From positions 9,486,001 through 9,550,000 of the forward strand of contig CP075496.1 of assembly GCA_021613535.1 (NCBI GenBank): a stretch of DNA of 64,000 bases, in the 5' to 3' direction. The translations under genes were made by a program, and so were the position numbers. Shown here in pieces: positions 25,447-39,095 of this stretch. Under the pieces are notes generated by a model. The model saw only the letters and a program-made list of their open reading frames with translations, had not been told where the DNA came from and ran no database searches. Position 1 is the stretch's first letter; the number at the start of each line of letters is the position of its first letter. This DNA is from Adineta vaga (taxonomy: Eukaryota > Animalia > Rotifera).

Positions 25447-26308
25447 ATGGCTTCATCAACTGATCTTGGTGTAAATGAATATCATGAAGAAATTATTCGT
25501 CAATATGTACGTTTTTCTCGTGAACAAAAAACAGTTGGCCTACGATCGTTTCGTGCTGCTGCTGATGATTTTAAAAATCAACGTTTATCTGATGAATCGA
25601 TGATGACTGTGAATGAAGTCGATGATTTTCTTCATGAATTTATTGATGTTTTAGAAAAAGAATTTGACCAAGAATTAACACATCAATATCGTGTTAGTGC
25701 TCTCTTAATGAAACAATTATTTCAACAAGCTGAACAATGGTTTTTAAAGTTAAATCCAAATTTTGATCAATTAGAAAACCGTCGTCTTATTGATCTTATA
25801 CGTGATTATGAACAACAACAATTTAATAAAAATAAATCAAAAGGAAGTAGAGATCTCAGTATGACACACAAAAAAACAAACATTTTATCAAGTTATTTTT
25901 CTCTCTTATTCTATCATAGATTCACTAATGGATCCAATTAATGATACACAATCAACGGTTCTTCTTAAAACAGAAATTCAAAAATTACAACAACTAAATG
26001 GTCAATTAAAACAACGCTTATCTAAATATGAAAAAGATGATGAATTCCTTAGTCATCAATTAGAAGAAAATACTCGAGAATTTCAAGATAAAGAAGCATC
26101 ATTTTCTCAAAAATTAACTTCCAATGAAAAGCGTTTAAAAGAAATTCAACAAGCACTTTCATTAGCAGAAAATGAATTAGAAAAAAAGTTCAATCAGACA
26201 AATACATATATCAATATGAAACGAATTATCGATAAGAAAAATCAACAAATTCGCCAATTACGTCAACAAGTAACTGGTCATTCTCATGAACAAGAAGATG
26301 AAGATTGA
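25447..26308 (+). CDS. LZTFL1: Leucine zipper transcription factor-like protein 1 (BBS17)
   Basis: LGVNEYHEEIIRQYVRFSR, LLMKQLFQQAEQWFLKL and ELEKKFNQTNTYINMK match known LZTFL1 motifs. One intron, 25847-25919. Confidence 0.9.
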
Positions 26309-26346
26309 GAAAATGTAAGTTTTACTTAAGAACTCTAAGTGAACAA

Positions 26347-26364
26347 GTGTGTGTGTGTGTGTGT
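26347..26364. repeat. (GT)9 microsatellite
   Basis: Perfect dinucleotide run in the LZTFL1 3' region. Confidence 0.85.
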
Positions 26365-26754
26365 TGAATCAATTTACATGACGTTCTTTTTTCTTACTTA
26401 AGTTCAAACAAGTATCGCGACTGAAAGCTTGTCGCGTCAAAATACATTAAAAATTCCTATTTTCATACATATTACCGCGAGGAGATTGTCAAATCATCTT
26501 TCACGTCTCGATAGTTGTTTGAACAATCGATTCGTACAATTCATTCCAACATCATCTATTGAGTAAGAAGAGAGAAAAAGAGCTCTCTGTTTGACACCTG
26601 ATTGAGAGTTTATCAAAGAGAAGAAATAAAAATAAAATTTTTCTTTTTTTTTTCTAAATATTTATTTAGATTTGATCAAATGAACTCCGTCCATGTTTAG
26701 TGTGTCTTTTAAACAGAAAAAAATTCTTTTTTTGGAATTTGATTTTAATAAAAA

Positions 26755-27117
26755 TTAAGTTTTTGGTAAAGTATGTAATGATGTACGACGAATATTATCA
26801 TTGCCAAGACGCTTGGCATTGATCATATTATCTTGTTTGTTTTTTTCTCGTTGAATAAAATCATCGAGTGTTGTCGGTGTTGGACTTGGATTTCGATTAT
26901 TGATTAAATTTGGACGAAGATTATTGTTTTCTGCACGTTGATTCCATTTCGCATGAGAGATCATCTTACGTTCTAATGCATCATAATCTTTTTCAAGTTT
27001 AAGTTCATGTTTTGCTGCTAATTTCTTTCGATCATAATCACGCGATGTAGCTCCTTGAAGTGTATTCGAAGATCGTACTTCTTTTCCAACAGATTTATTT
27101 GAAATTGAAAATGCCAT
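26755..27117 (-). CDS. Small basic hypothetical protein (120 aa)
   Basis: Hydrophilic, protein-like composition; ATG immediately after a tttag acceptor; no recognisable domain. Confidence 0.55.
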   Translation of the reverse strand: MAFSISNKSVGKEVRSSNTLQGATSRDYDRKKLAAKHELKLEKDYDALERKMISHAKWNQRAENNNLRPNLINNRNPSPTPTTLDDFIQREKNKQDNMINAKRLGNDNIRRTSLHTLPKT

Positions 27118-27785
27118 CTAAAATATAACAGAATGTTTTTCTAAAGAAACATCATTATATCAATGAATATGAGAAAAAAAAAGTTCAAATTTGGTTCCAT
27201 TTACTTGACTTTGAATTATAATATGCCATTTATAATCATTGTTAAATAGGAAAGCCTTGTGAAACTAACATTGATGAAAGACATATAAAGAAACCAAAAA
27301 AAGACGAGAACTCGTCTCTCTTCTCTATCGATCGTATGTGCGGGGGGCAACCTGTGACGAAAGAAAAAGAAAAAATGGAATTTTTTTTGCTCATATTTAC
27401 ATTTGTCTATAGTAAATTGTGAGTAACATAATTATCCTACGTTTTCTTTACGTCATCAGAATGTTTTCTGGATGTTAAACCTTGATCTATTATTTTATTG
27501 ACTGCTGATACTTACGTATATGTTCGACAAAAAGCCGATTCTATTTTTTTTCGAAAATCTGATTTTGTTGAAATGTCAAATGACATTCTTGAATCAAGTA
27601 CAGTAACATTATTTTTTATAGAATGCAAGAAAAATATGAAATACTCCTGAAGGAAAAAGGTTATTGTTAAATAAATCGGAAGTGAAATTTAGAAAAAGAA
27701 ATGTGTGAAGAATGAAATTTCTTTGTATCACACAATAGCAAGTAAGAAGAAAAATAATGTGATGTGAATAGAAGAACGACAATGT

Positions 27786-27857
27786 GGTTCTATGGTGTAG
27801 CGGTTAGCACTTTGGACTTTGAATCCAGCGACCCCAGTTCAAATCTGGGTAGAACCT
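27786..27857 (+). tRNA. tRNA-Gln (anticodon TTG)
   Basis: Acceptor stem GGTTCTA/TAGAACC, D-arm TGGTGTAGCGGTTAGCAC, anticodon stem-loop TTGGA-CTTTGAA-TCCAG, T-arm CCCAG-TTCAAAT-CTGGG. Confidence 0.95.
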
Positions 27858-27866
27858 GATAAATTC

Positions 27867-27872
27867 TTTTTT
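27867..27872 (+). terminator. Pol III oligo-T terminator of the tRNA-Gln gene
   Basis: T6 run 10 nt downstream of the tRNA 3' end. Confidence 0.6.
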
Positions 27873-27907
27873 ATTATCAACTTGTTATTATTGTCTTTTT
27901 ATTATTA

Positions 27908-29075
27908 TTAATAATAATCTCGCATATGAAATGTACAAAAAATGATTAACCATGCTAGGCCACCAGCGGATATATACGGAGGTACAAAACAAAAATAGAA
28001 ACGCATTAATAATAGAAATAATTTAAGAAGAAAAAATAATATCGTATATAATATTATTATCGAAATATTTGAGATATGTATTCGAAAATATTCTATCGGT
28101 AATTCTGAAAATATTGAGCTGCATAGTATTAAACCAATGGTAAAATATGTGATAATCGAGAGATCACTAACGGAATTTAGAAGAGATAGAAAACTGAAAC
28201 TGATCAAACCACTGACCATAATAATAATGGCAACAGATCGATAGAGAGAAATTTCTACTTGTTCTACCAGTTGTAAAGAAAAATTCATCAAAATTCCTCC
28301 GATACATCCTGTACCAAAACAAAAAAGAAGTATGATGATTTGTGCTGCTTGCCATTTATTGAAAAAAATCAATTGAAATATTGACCATGCTCGAAGCCAA
28401 AGACTTTGTTGGCGAGTTTCCATAACTGTATCATATCCAATTAGATCAACTCTTGGTATTACTGATAGAAATTGTTGTAATCGATTATTTAATTGAATAA
28501 TCCAATTATCATTATCGTGTTCTTGTTGAAATAGAAATAGATTATTTGGTGGTAGAACTTCATCTACAATTAGAATTAATTTTCTTTTAAAACATTCTGT
28601 CAGATGCTGTTGCCATGATACTGATTCAATAAGACAGATTGCAAAGAAAACATTCAATACTTGTTGGTATACAAGATGTTTGATGTTGATCAAGTAGACT
28701 TAGTAATATATATTTTTGACAAATACGACATTGTTTTGTTGGAAATTGACAATCGGTAGTTTGATGTTGCTCTAATTGATCATAGGAAAGAATTTCTGTA
28801 CAACCAAATGAACTATTTCGGCAATGAAGTGTTAAACGACTTGAACAACGAAATGGACATATTGTTGGATTGATTTTCAACCATGCTCGAATACATTTAG
28901 TACAAAATAAATGTTGACAAGATCCACACGATCTCGGTTTCCATAGAAGTCCTTGACAGATCGCACAGAAAAATTCTTTTGCAATCTGCTGGTGATCATT
29001 AACGATTCGTTCAGGATCGATACCTTCTTCTTCTTCTTCTTCTACTGCGAAGGATAAATCTTCGTAATCTACCAT
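27908..29075 (-). pseudogene. C3HC4 RING, TRAF-type zinc fingers and a multi-pass TM C-terminus; frameshift at ~28640
   Basis: CAIC..CGSCQHLFCTKC..CPFRC RING; CRNSSFGC..HQTTDC and CRIC..HQTSC fingers. The third finger CFLC continues in another frame as CLIESVSWQQHLTEC, followed by about 5-6 hydrophobic segments. Confidence 0.65.
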
Positions 29076-29190
29076 GTTTTAGGCTGTTTCTTAAAACGTG
29101 TCTAATATATCGAAAACAAGCGTTGTTTTGAATTATGTGACCTTCGGATGTTTGAAAAAAAACGAGCAAACAGTAGAATTATATATGCTA

Positions 29191-31343
29191 ACCACGATTC
29201 CAACAAGTATCTGATTGACATGGTCGGTGATTGAATTGACATTGAGTACCATTAAAACCAGGTAAACATGAACAAGTATAGCCATGCGAGATGATACTGT
29301 TGTCGGTACAGTTGGCATGATTTTGACAAGGTTGTAAGATGTGACATGGAGTGTTGGTGATGTTACAATAAGAACCGATAGTTGATGCATTAGCACATGT
29401 TGATACAATAAACGGAAGCGATGATTGTTGAGCTGCAGAATAGAAGAGAAGGAAAAGTGATATTGACTGTAGTTTTTTCGTAACTCTGATTGTCGTATCT
29501 ACCTAGAAAGTATGAATGTATAACTTTCTTTATTTATAGTTATTGAGAAACTTGACAGTGAGTATAGTGTATGAGTACATTTACTGACCTGTTTGGTTAG
29601 GAAAAATATTTGGCGTTGATATCGAAGTAACGATGAGTGAAGCAGTATACTGGACACTATTTGTTGAATTGTCAACTAAAGATAGATGCGACATTTTTTT
29701 TTGCAAATGTTTGTTTTTGTATGTATTATTCGAAGAACGAAAAAGGATTAAACGTCTTAGATCTGAATAATTACTACATACGTTCTCCAAGAATTAAAGA
29801 AACATTGAATGCGACTGTAAAAATCGGTCCTATAGCCGTCGATTGAATCCTTTCTGAAGAAGGTCTCACTGAAAAGAAATTCAAAAATATAAAAACTTCA
29901 AAATTGTGAAAAGCACATTACTAGTCATTGACGTTGATATTTGTGATGTTGTCGTGACAACACCTATAAGAAATACAAATACTGATTATTCAGACTGAGA
30001 ACATTATAATATCTAATGGCGTTGATGAATTGTGTTATGATGTGTACAGATATGCTTAACATCACATTGCTCGTTTAAACATTCGATTAGAACAAGAATT
30101 TTAGTCTGAAAGGCATGAATATTCGTATGATCTTCTTTCAAAACTTAAATTGGCGTGAAAGTAAAAATCTTCCAAAATGTAACACAATTCGCAGTGTTAA
30201 CTCTAAAACATGAGGTGATTCTACTCACTTGAAGAATTTGATTTAAGTAGAAATTTTTGAATACGATTATTGTAAGTATCAGCAACAAACAAATTGCCAT
30301 AACTATCAAAACTCAAAGCTTCCGGTTGATTTAACTGGTTGGATGAACTTCCAGCAACGCCACTACACCCAACCGCACAATAGAAACCATTGGAACTGGA
30401 ACCAACAATTCGATGATTGTTACAGTCTGCAATAAATAAACATCCATCACCATCAAATGTTATTCCGCTAGGATAATTAAGATTGATGGAACTACCAAGT
30501 AGTAATGTTGTCCCATTTAATTCACCAAAATAGAAAAGTTGAATTCTATTGTTAACACAATCGGCAACATAAACATTAAGATTACGATCGACAAAGATTC
30601 CGCGTGGCTCGTTAAGAGTATAAGAATCTGATCCAAATGTGCCGTTTCCAGCAACAATTTCCGTCAAATATGTACTCTCATTGAATGATATTTTGATAAC
30701 CAGATGGAAAGTATCATAGGAACAATAGAGATTGTCATTAATATCAATAAATAAACTATAACAAGAGTTAATTGTATATATGACAGTGCTACTGCTATTT
30801 GCATTCAATGGCCATCTATCTATCTTAGAAGAAGTACTAACATAAAGATTTCCATTACTTGTGACAAAAGTGGAGTATGGATATTGAGGAAGAGTAGAAT
30901 AGTTACTTGTTGGAATTGTATCTTCTTCGAGCCAAACTTGAACACAATATGTACTCGATACAGGTATATAAATAGTATTGTTTGTATCTATAAATATGTT
31001 GTTTGGAGTTACTCCAATAATAGTGGTATTAGCAAATGTCTCAGCGTTAGAATTCCATGTTGCATTAGGACCGAATTTAGGTTGATTGAATGATTCACCT
31101 AGAAAGTGAAACATCAACAAATAGAGCAGAATCGAAATGCATGATCTTGTATATTCACAAAGACTCTATAGTTTGAATGTGACAATAAATCCATTATTTA
31201 TGATAAATGAAACAACAAAGGCATTAAACTTATACGTTTAAAGAAAAATTAAAATTTGTATACTTATACTTACCAATCGAATTATTGATCACTGTCACCA
31301 AAATAATTATCCCGAAATTCAATATATTGCTGTTGGACATCAT
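29191..31343 (-). CDS. Signal peptide, NHL propeller, S/T stalk and EGF; apparently 3'-truncated
   Basis: Exon 1 ATG at 31343 (hydrophobic leader, gtaagt donor); NHL exon ~31099-30229; small S/T exons; EGF exon 29433-29191. No downstream EGF or TM exon is visible. Confidence 0.7.
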
Positions 31344-32481
31344 ACTTTTTATTTCTTTATTTAATACCAGAAAGTATTTAGTAATATATCAGCGTGTTGT
31401 CGTTCTACAGAAAAGCGATTCTTGTCTCGAAGATTTTTACTCTTCAAATCGGGTCAAATTCATAATGAAATAAACCGACAATTGAATAAACAATAAATTA
31501 TTTCCGTCACATACCAAATAAATCTCGAGAAATACCTGTCTAAATCATTTTTCATCAATAACAAAAGACAACTCTCTATTACTGAGACCGTCGTCTAATA
31601 TTTCTTATATTGACTTTATTATCACAAACAAAAAAAACAGTGTCGATCTCTGGTAAGACAATATGACATCGTAGAAGTAAACAAAACCTATTATTTTCTT
31701 CGGAAACAGGTCTATGGCAATCGAGGCTTCGTTCAAAATAATCAATGTTTACCCTGGAACAAAAGAAACATTGTCCATGAAAAAAGTACAAACGATATAT
31801 CATTACGAATTGCACATTTGAACAAATCATTATCAACGAAATATATCACATGAAATTGAATATTCAAATACATGATATAAACTGATCGCATATTTTTTTC
31901 ATAGAGAAAAAATTTCTTTTCACCAACTGTATACTGTTGCTTTTTCTCGTACATTTAAAATTTTGTTATTTAGAAAGAATTTCTTCATTTGTCAATAATC
32001 GATGATAGTCAAATATAAATTGTTCTTTTTCTTTATGCTAATCGAATATGATGTCCTTGTCGAACACTTGCGTATTTGATTTGAATAAGAGCACTGAGAA
32101 AAAACAATCTCTAGAACATTCTTTTACAAATAGAGTTCAAACTAAACTCAATCAAGATTGTGCTGCTGTATTATAGAAACATAGTAAATAACTTAAGGTC
32201 TTGATTAAAAATGTAATCACAAAATATTCATTATTATATACTTCCATTGATGTTTGTAAACAACAGAGAGACTTTCTTTTGAAATATTAAAGACTAATTA
32301 CGTTTTCTAATCCTCTATCACATTTCATTTGTCTACAACAATGAATAATCATGACTCACTAGGAAATAACCAACTTATCGTTTTTTTTTCCAACGATAAG
32401 TAAATATCAATGAAACACGTGGTCGTCATTACAATTTTTCCTTTTTAAAATATATTATAGCAAATTTTTATCGTATTTTAA

Positions 32482-34483
32482 ATGGATTCAAAAAAACCTC
32501 AACGACGAACTAATATTTTTGATTATTGGAATGTGAAAAAGAAAATGAAATTTACAGAAGTAACGAATAGGTCAGTGAAAATAGAGACATGTTTTTTTCT
32601 CTTTGCAAACAAACAAAATATTTTCCATTTAGTCTACCAAAAATATCTCGTACTCAATTTGAAGATCTTGCCAATGAACTTTACTATGAGATTTTCAATT
32701 ATCTTGATCTTTATCATGCTTATAAAGCATTCTATAACACCAACATACGTTTTCAAAATCTTCTCATCAATTCTAATCAACCAATAAAAATCAATATTTC
32801 ATCAATGTCAAAATCAACTTTTCAACGTTACTATAGACATATGATTATGTCTAATAAACATCGAATTGCATCTATGTATTTATCAAATCCATTTGTTGTT
32901 GATATTATTTTTTCTCCAGTACGAATTGTATCAGATTTCAATCGATTAGAAAGACTTGTTTTCGATCGTATCAAATCAAAATATCTTCCAAATATTCTTC
33001 ATTATTTAGCATCTTTACCTAATCTCACATCTTTAACAATCATACCGATTGAAATTGTTTCCAATCAAAATGATCTTATTGAAAATATTTTACGTTTGCC
33101 AGCATTGAAATATTGTAGAATATCATTGAAACAACGTTTCGCATCTACTCCCTTAACAATATCATCAAACATCACAAGTCCTCTCGAACATCTTGTCATT
33201 GATTATGAATTTAATCTCAAACAACTCAATACATTCTTGTCATATGTTCCACAACTTCGACGTTTAACATGTTCTTCTCTTTTTGGTACAAACATATTAT
33301 CAGCAGAAACATCTCCCACTGTATTAAAGAATTTAACTCACATTTCATTTGATACGATAGGCACAACTTTCAATCATTTTGAAGAATTGATTCGAAATCT
33401 AACCCATCAACTACAAGTCTTATGTATTTCATTGAATAGTGATAGGGAATATTTAGATGCAAATCGATGGGAATATTTAATCAAATCATTCATTCCACAA
33501 TTACGAATTTTTGATTTTCAACATACGGATTTCATCGAAAGTAATACAAATGAGAATCGGGCATGGTATGATTCGATTTTACAGCAATTCAGTTCTTCAT
33601 TTTGGCATAAAAGAAAATGGTTTTTTGGATATCGCTTTGAAAAAAACATGTTACGAGATCGTGTGATTTTTTATTCAAAGAATTGTTACAGGTATTGAAA
33701 TCTCACATTCTCATATAGAATCGGTTTTCAGCAGAAAAAGAAAATCTCTTAGTTATGCTTTCGTCTGATGTATATTTATTTATTTTTAAGGAGAAAACAA
33801 TGCCTATTGTTCGGATCAGCATTTTCAAGTATGCACCGAAATCGTCAAAGAAAACGTCTCGCTTCAATAGATGATCTTATTGTTCACAGTCAAGATGCAA
33901 TAACATCGTGTAATTATTATTTTTTTAATGTAACTAAGCTCACCTTGTCCGATAGTTTTCATTCAAACGGTGTTTGTTTGGGATCTACTTTTAAACATAT
34001 TATTCCTTTAAAACAAGTAACAACACTAGTCATTCAATGTTATAATTTATGTTTCGAAGAATTAATTAAATTATTACATTCCATGCCTAATATTCTACAT
34101 TAACATACAATTTTCAACCAATGAATGAAACAAATGTATCATTAGTTGAACAAAGTGAATTATTTCGACAAGTCGCTACAACTAATAAGATAACTAATCT
34201 AACAATTAATGAATTGATTTCAATTGAAAATATAAAACTACCTACTCTGTTATGTTCCCGAATGCAACATCTTACAATTAATCAATATGGACAATATGTT
34301 CAATCGAGTATACAATTTATTTTATCAAAAAGTAAGAATGATCTTCAATATTTGTGTTCATTACGTGCAAGAAATTTCCATAAGCCAATGTTATCAATCG
34401 TCAAAACATTAATCGAATCAGAAGAACTATTAGATAATTATCTAATTAAACTTATTGATGCTGATTTATATCTTTGGTGGTGA
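32482..34483 (+). pseudogene. F-box-like/LRR-like family protein; frameshift at ~34095
   Basis: FEDLANELYYEIFNYLD F-box-like motif, LRR-like repeats, YLDANRWE motif. Introns at 32571-32632 and ~33692-33790. The last exon shifts frame between ORFs 33768-34103 and 34121-34483. Confidence 0.7.
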
Positions 34484-35955
34484 TATTTTATTTTCAGATA
34501 ACATTTTTTATATTAACAGAAGCAATATATAAGCTAGAGGAAATCATGCAAATCATTACATATATGGTTAAGCTCACAGAAATTTTACATTTAAATTTCA
34601 ATTGCATTGTATGGGTTGATTTCGTTTATATTTTTACCAAATAATACAAAAAAAGACTATAACACTACAAATAACAATGAGAAGAGCTGGAATTACTTGA
34701 TAAACAATCATATCTCTTGTTCTTGTTGTTCTCATAAACACACAATAAGTAAAAACATTTCAAATGAATTTTCATAAAATGGACAAAATATAATCAGTAA
34801 AAAATAAGAATATGCCGTTGGATAGTTGCCCCAGCAAAGAGTATTATTTGTGTACCATAAAATCCATACTCAAAAAGAAAAATGAGAATAGTGGTATTTG
34901 AATTTAAGGAGTCGAATAACGAAGAAGATGAAGTGCTCGATCGAAAAGAATCTTATCCAAGAGAAATATTCATGTTAATCGAATGCATTTACACAAAGAA
35001 TAGGTGCCAGTGTCATTTAATTAAAGAAATTAAGTGGATTAAAGTATGTATTAAAAAATTATAAATAATTGAAGTCACAATAATACAAAATAACAGGATT
35101 CGTTTTCCTCTTTTCATCCCTTTCATTAATAATTATTGGATATTGAAAAGATTTTCAAAGAATCGAACTATAGATAAAAGTAAAAAAAGAACATCGTTTA
35201 AAGATAGTCCATGACTATATCGGCTATAACATGAATTGCTAGTACAGTAAACTAGATGACTTCATACAAGAATTTGCTAATACAGCATCAAGATCATTTT
35301 TTTGCTATTGGTAGCTCCCTACTAAAAGTACATATGCAGTTTGTATTCTGTTCTAATGAATTATCATTCTAAGAACCATTTCGATAAATTCATATGAATT
35401 CAGAATGAAAAAGATGAAATGTTGATAATAAAATGATATATTTTCTTACATTTGTCATTTCAATTTCTCTATGCAATGTTAATTTGGTTATCCAAACAAA
35501 CTAGTATCAATAGAATGTCATATAACTAATGATTGACATCACCTCAAATGTCCTTATTTCAATATACATGCAATCGATGTTCTTTATAGAGACAAGTTTT
35601 TGTTGACAGATTGTCTTTTTCTTATCTACACCATGTCTTTGGATGTATATTGTACATTATTAGAGACATACCAGAAGAAAAGTAGTTATGACAATACTCT
35701 CGAAAGAGAGAGAGAGAAAATAAGAATGAAACATGACCTTCTCTGTTATACTATATCTATCTGAATGTAAAGCGTAACACTAGCCAATTTTTGCTTCCTT
35801 ATTGATATATATATATTACTACAATAACGGTATTAAATAGAAAGATATATACTTCTCAGAACTGATCTCTTTTTTTATATTGGAGTGTAGCTTTGATTAG
35901 AATAAGCTGATTATAAGATTTAATGTATGAATTCGTAACTTGTTTTTATTTTAGA

Positions 35956-36411
35956 ATGTCATATAAAAATCAAGAAACACCTCATTGTCCTCGTTGTGGT
36001 CATGCAGCTTTTCATGCGGAATCAATTCCAGCTGCTGGAAAAGTGTGGCATAAAATTTGTTTTCGATGTGGTATGAACAAATCCATTTAATTTCTTCTTT
36101 CTATCTTTTTTCTAATAATACGATAGGTCTTTGCAAGAAATCACTAGAAATAACAACATTAGCAGAACATGATGGTGATATATATTGTAAACAATGTTAT
36201 ACACGTAAGTTTGGTATTCGTGGTGTTGGTTTCGGTATGGGTGCTGGTGCACTTGGAATGGATACAGGTGAACGATTTGGAAATACACAATCTCTCTCGT
36301 AAGACGATTCTTTTTGTTTTTCATATAAATACAAACTTGAATTTATATCAAATTGCTTTTAGAAATAAACCAAATTACCCTCCCGTTCCTGGAATTACAC
36401 CACCAAATTAA
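35956..36411 (+). CDS. Single-LIM muscle LIM protein / CSRP-like
   Basis: CPRC..WHKICFRC|GLCKK..IYCKQCYTRKFG..GVGFGMGAGAL (LIM plus Gly-rich tail); introns 36071-36126 and 36299-36362. Confidence 0.9.
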
Positions 36412-36896
36412 TGCTATAAAAATTATCAATTAACTAAACATTTCTTTTCATTGTATCTTCAGTTTTTGTCTTCTTTCTTCTATTTGGATCAGGTATTAGA
36501 CATTAAATTTAGCGTAGAATAACCTTAATTATCATACTTACAAACAAATGCAATTCAATAATGTGATAATCATATTTTCTACAATTTCTAAATGACCTTC
36601 ATATGAATGGTAAAAAAAAAGGAAAGAAAATACTAATTCTATCTCAGTTCGTAATTTTCTAATTGACAGCATGAATGTTAGCAAAACTATATCTACTTAG
36701 TTGTCCTAACAATTAAGTAGATGCTTGTCCGTCAATGCGAGTCAATAATAAACGAAATATACTTTGATTTTCACATGAGCAAATATCTATCACAATATAT
36801 TGGAAATATAGAATGGATTAGAAAAACAATGAATGCGTTGACAATAACAATATTCAATTTAACATATTAAAACGTATATAACAAAATGAATGTCTT

Positions 36897-39095
36897 CTAT
36901 GATAATAAACATTTTCTATATGGACAACAACTAATCGGTTTCTTTTGTAGTTTTCCTCCGGATATCTAAAATAATATCATCATTTCATTAGAATTTTATA
37001 CAAAGAAAATAACGAGGTTACGTCTTACTTCTTCTATTCGTTCGTGTTGTTCAATAGTTATTTTCTCACCAAACCATAAACAAAGTTTATTATCGACATC
37101 AGTGTATGTAAAATTTCGTTGAACTTCTTGAGGTAAAGTTTCGTTCAATAGAATTTCTTTCCATTGATTGTATCGTTGTTCTTCATCTTGATCTTCATTA
37201 ATATCACAAGTAAAAAAATATTTTATCTGTAAACTTGATAAATGATTCCATGGTAAAGAATATCGATCTAATTGATAACATAATTCTGGATAATGAACAC
37301 GTAAATAAACATGTTTAATAGAAGAAAATAAATGTGTAAAAATTGGTTTCAAACCACTCGGTAATCGATTATCATTGACTTTATGAATTGAAGGTAACTA
37401 AAATATCACTGAGAAGATTTTTAAAGTTAATAAGATGTCAAATCTTACTTCAATAAAAGTTACACGTGAATTTTGTTGTTTGATCTGTAACCATGAATCT
37501 TTCTTTGGCCAAGTATCTAAAATAACTTTCGAAAGATTCGGCATATGATCAAGTAAATCAAATATCTGTTGATAATTAACAATCCAACCACGTAAAACAT
37601 CGAATTTCACAGTTTTAATAGAATTTAAATCCAATAAACAATTTAATCGATTGACTAAATAAAGAGTACTATCAAATTTATTTTGCACAACAAATTCAAA
37701 TGTTTCAATATGTTCATAACGATGAAGAATTAATGAATGTTCATCATTATTATTTTTATCGACTAGACTACCATAATCAAATGTATGAATATGAGAATTG
37801 AGATATGAAAATGAATTTGATGTTGTCTCAAGAATTGAACGTGACATTTTCATTGTTGTATTAAAACGTGGTACAGTAAAAAGTTCGAGATTATTTGAAT
37901 ACGGACAATGACTTGATGCAACAAACCATTGTTTTTGTTCGAGCCAAAACGGAGTACGAAATGTCGTTAAAGATAAATCACGTTGTTGAAAATATTTAAA
38001 ATAAAAATCAAATTTTAATAAATAAAGATAGGTTTTGGAAAGAAATTCTTCCCAATGAAATCCATTGAGTATAATTTCATCATTACTTGTATTACAACGA
38101 ATTTCTAAATGATTTAATTTCGATAATTGATCTAAACCAGTTGATTTAATAAAAGAATCAAATATTAAATCTAAAGATAAGAAATCTTGTGAATACAAAA
38201 CGAATAGATTGATTCGTTACTTTGACATGAAAATATCAGTTCTCTCAAATCGAGAACAAGTCGAAAATTAGGTGGTGAAGTATTTTTATCTATTTCACAT
38301 TCGACAGTTAACGAATGTAGTCTTGGAGTTAAATCGAAAAGATGATTGATCGATGTTCGCCAGAGATTTGTTAACTTTACTGTACGAAGACAAGGCCATT
38401 GTTGACGATAAAAGCTATTATCTATCTTTGATAAATAAAAAACAAAAAGAAACACATTTTCAATCTGATGGAAAATGTCGAAGAACTATTTTTGATAAGA
38501 TCAAATGACATACATCATATAAACAACTTGATTTCCAAGAGTGTAATCGATTTGATAATGGAATTATATTCAATTGTTCACAATGATCAAGTTTGACTAA
38601 ACATTGTTGATCAAGTTGATGAAATGCTAATGTAAATCGATCATCAATATCAGCTAAATGAATTTGAATCAAATGTAGAATACGTAGATTTTTCCATTGT
38701 TTTAAAGCTTGAACAAATTGATAATATTCATTATTCGTTATTTTAATTGAATGAAGAGTTAAAGAATAAAGATTCGAAAATAAATGATAGGATAAGAAAT
38801 AATTTGAAAGAAAATAATTAAATTGACCACCGGTAAATTCTTCATTTGATAAAGTTAATGCAATGATTTGATTTAAATCAATAAATGAGAGAATTTCATC
38901 GAATTTTTCTTTTGTTATTGCAAGAAAATTCAATGAATAATGATTATATGATTTCAAAATTTGATTTAAATAAACACTTGTATTATAGAATGAGAAAAAA
39001 ATGTCTCTACCAGATAGATATTGAAATATCATTAGAATTAATTCCACCGGCCATTGATCCAAAGCAAAATTGAACTTTTGTTTATCATGATTCAT
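36897..39095 (-). CDS. F-box-like/LRR-like protein with a C-terminal CaaX box (CCPYRKCLLS*)
   Basis: LDQWPVELILMIFQYL F-box motif. Five exons join in frame, including across a 35-nt intron near 38190-38220. Last exon reads ISGGKLQKKPISCCPYRKCLLS-TAG. Confidence 0.75.

Noticed and set aside
15214-27857. Stop-to-Gln recoding (in-frame TAG/TAA plus a nearby tRNA-Gln)
   Set aside because: The tRNA anticodon is ordinary TTG, and conserved genes (SHQ1, SDR, SLC22, LIM) terminate at TAA/TAG, so the standard code applies.
37352-37450. Apparent frameshift between ORFs 37398-38198 and 36996-37352
   Set aside because: A normal phase-0 intron joins FIE to LPSIHKVNDNRL in frame.
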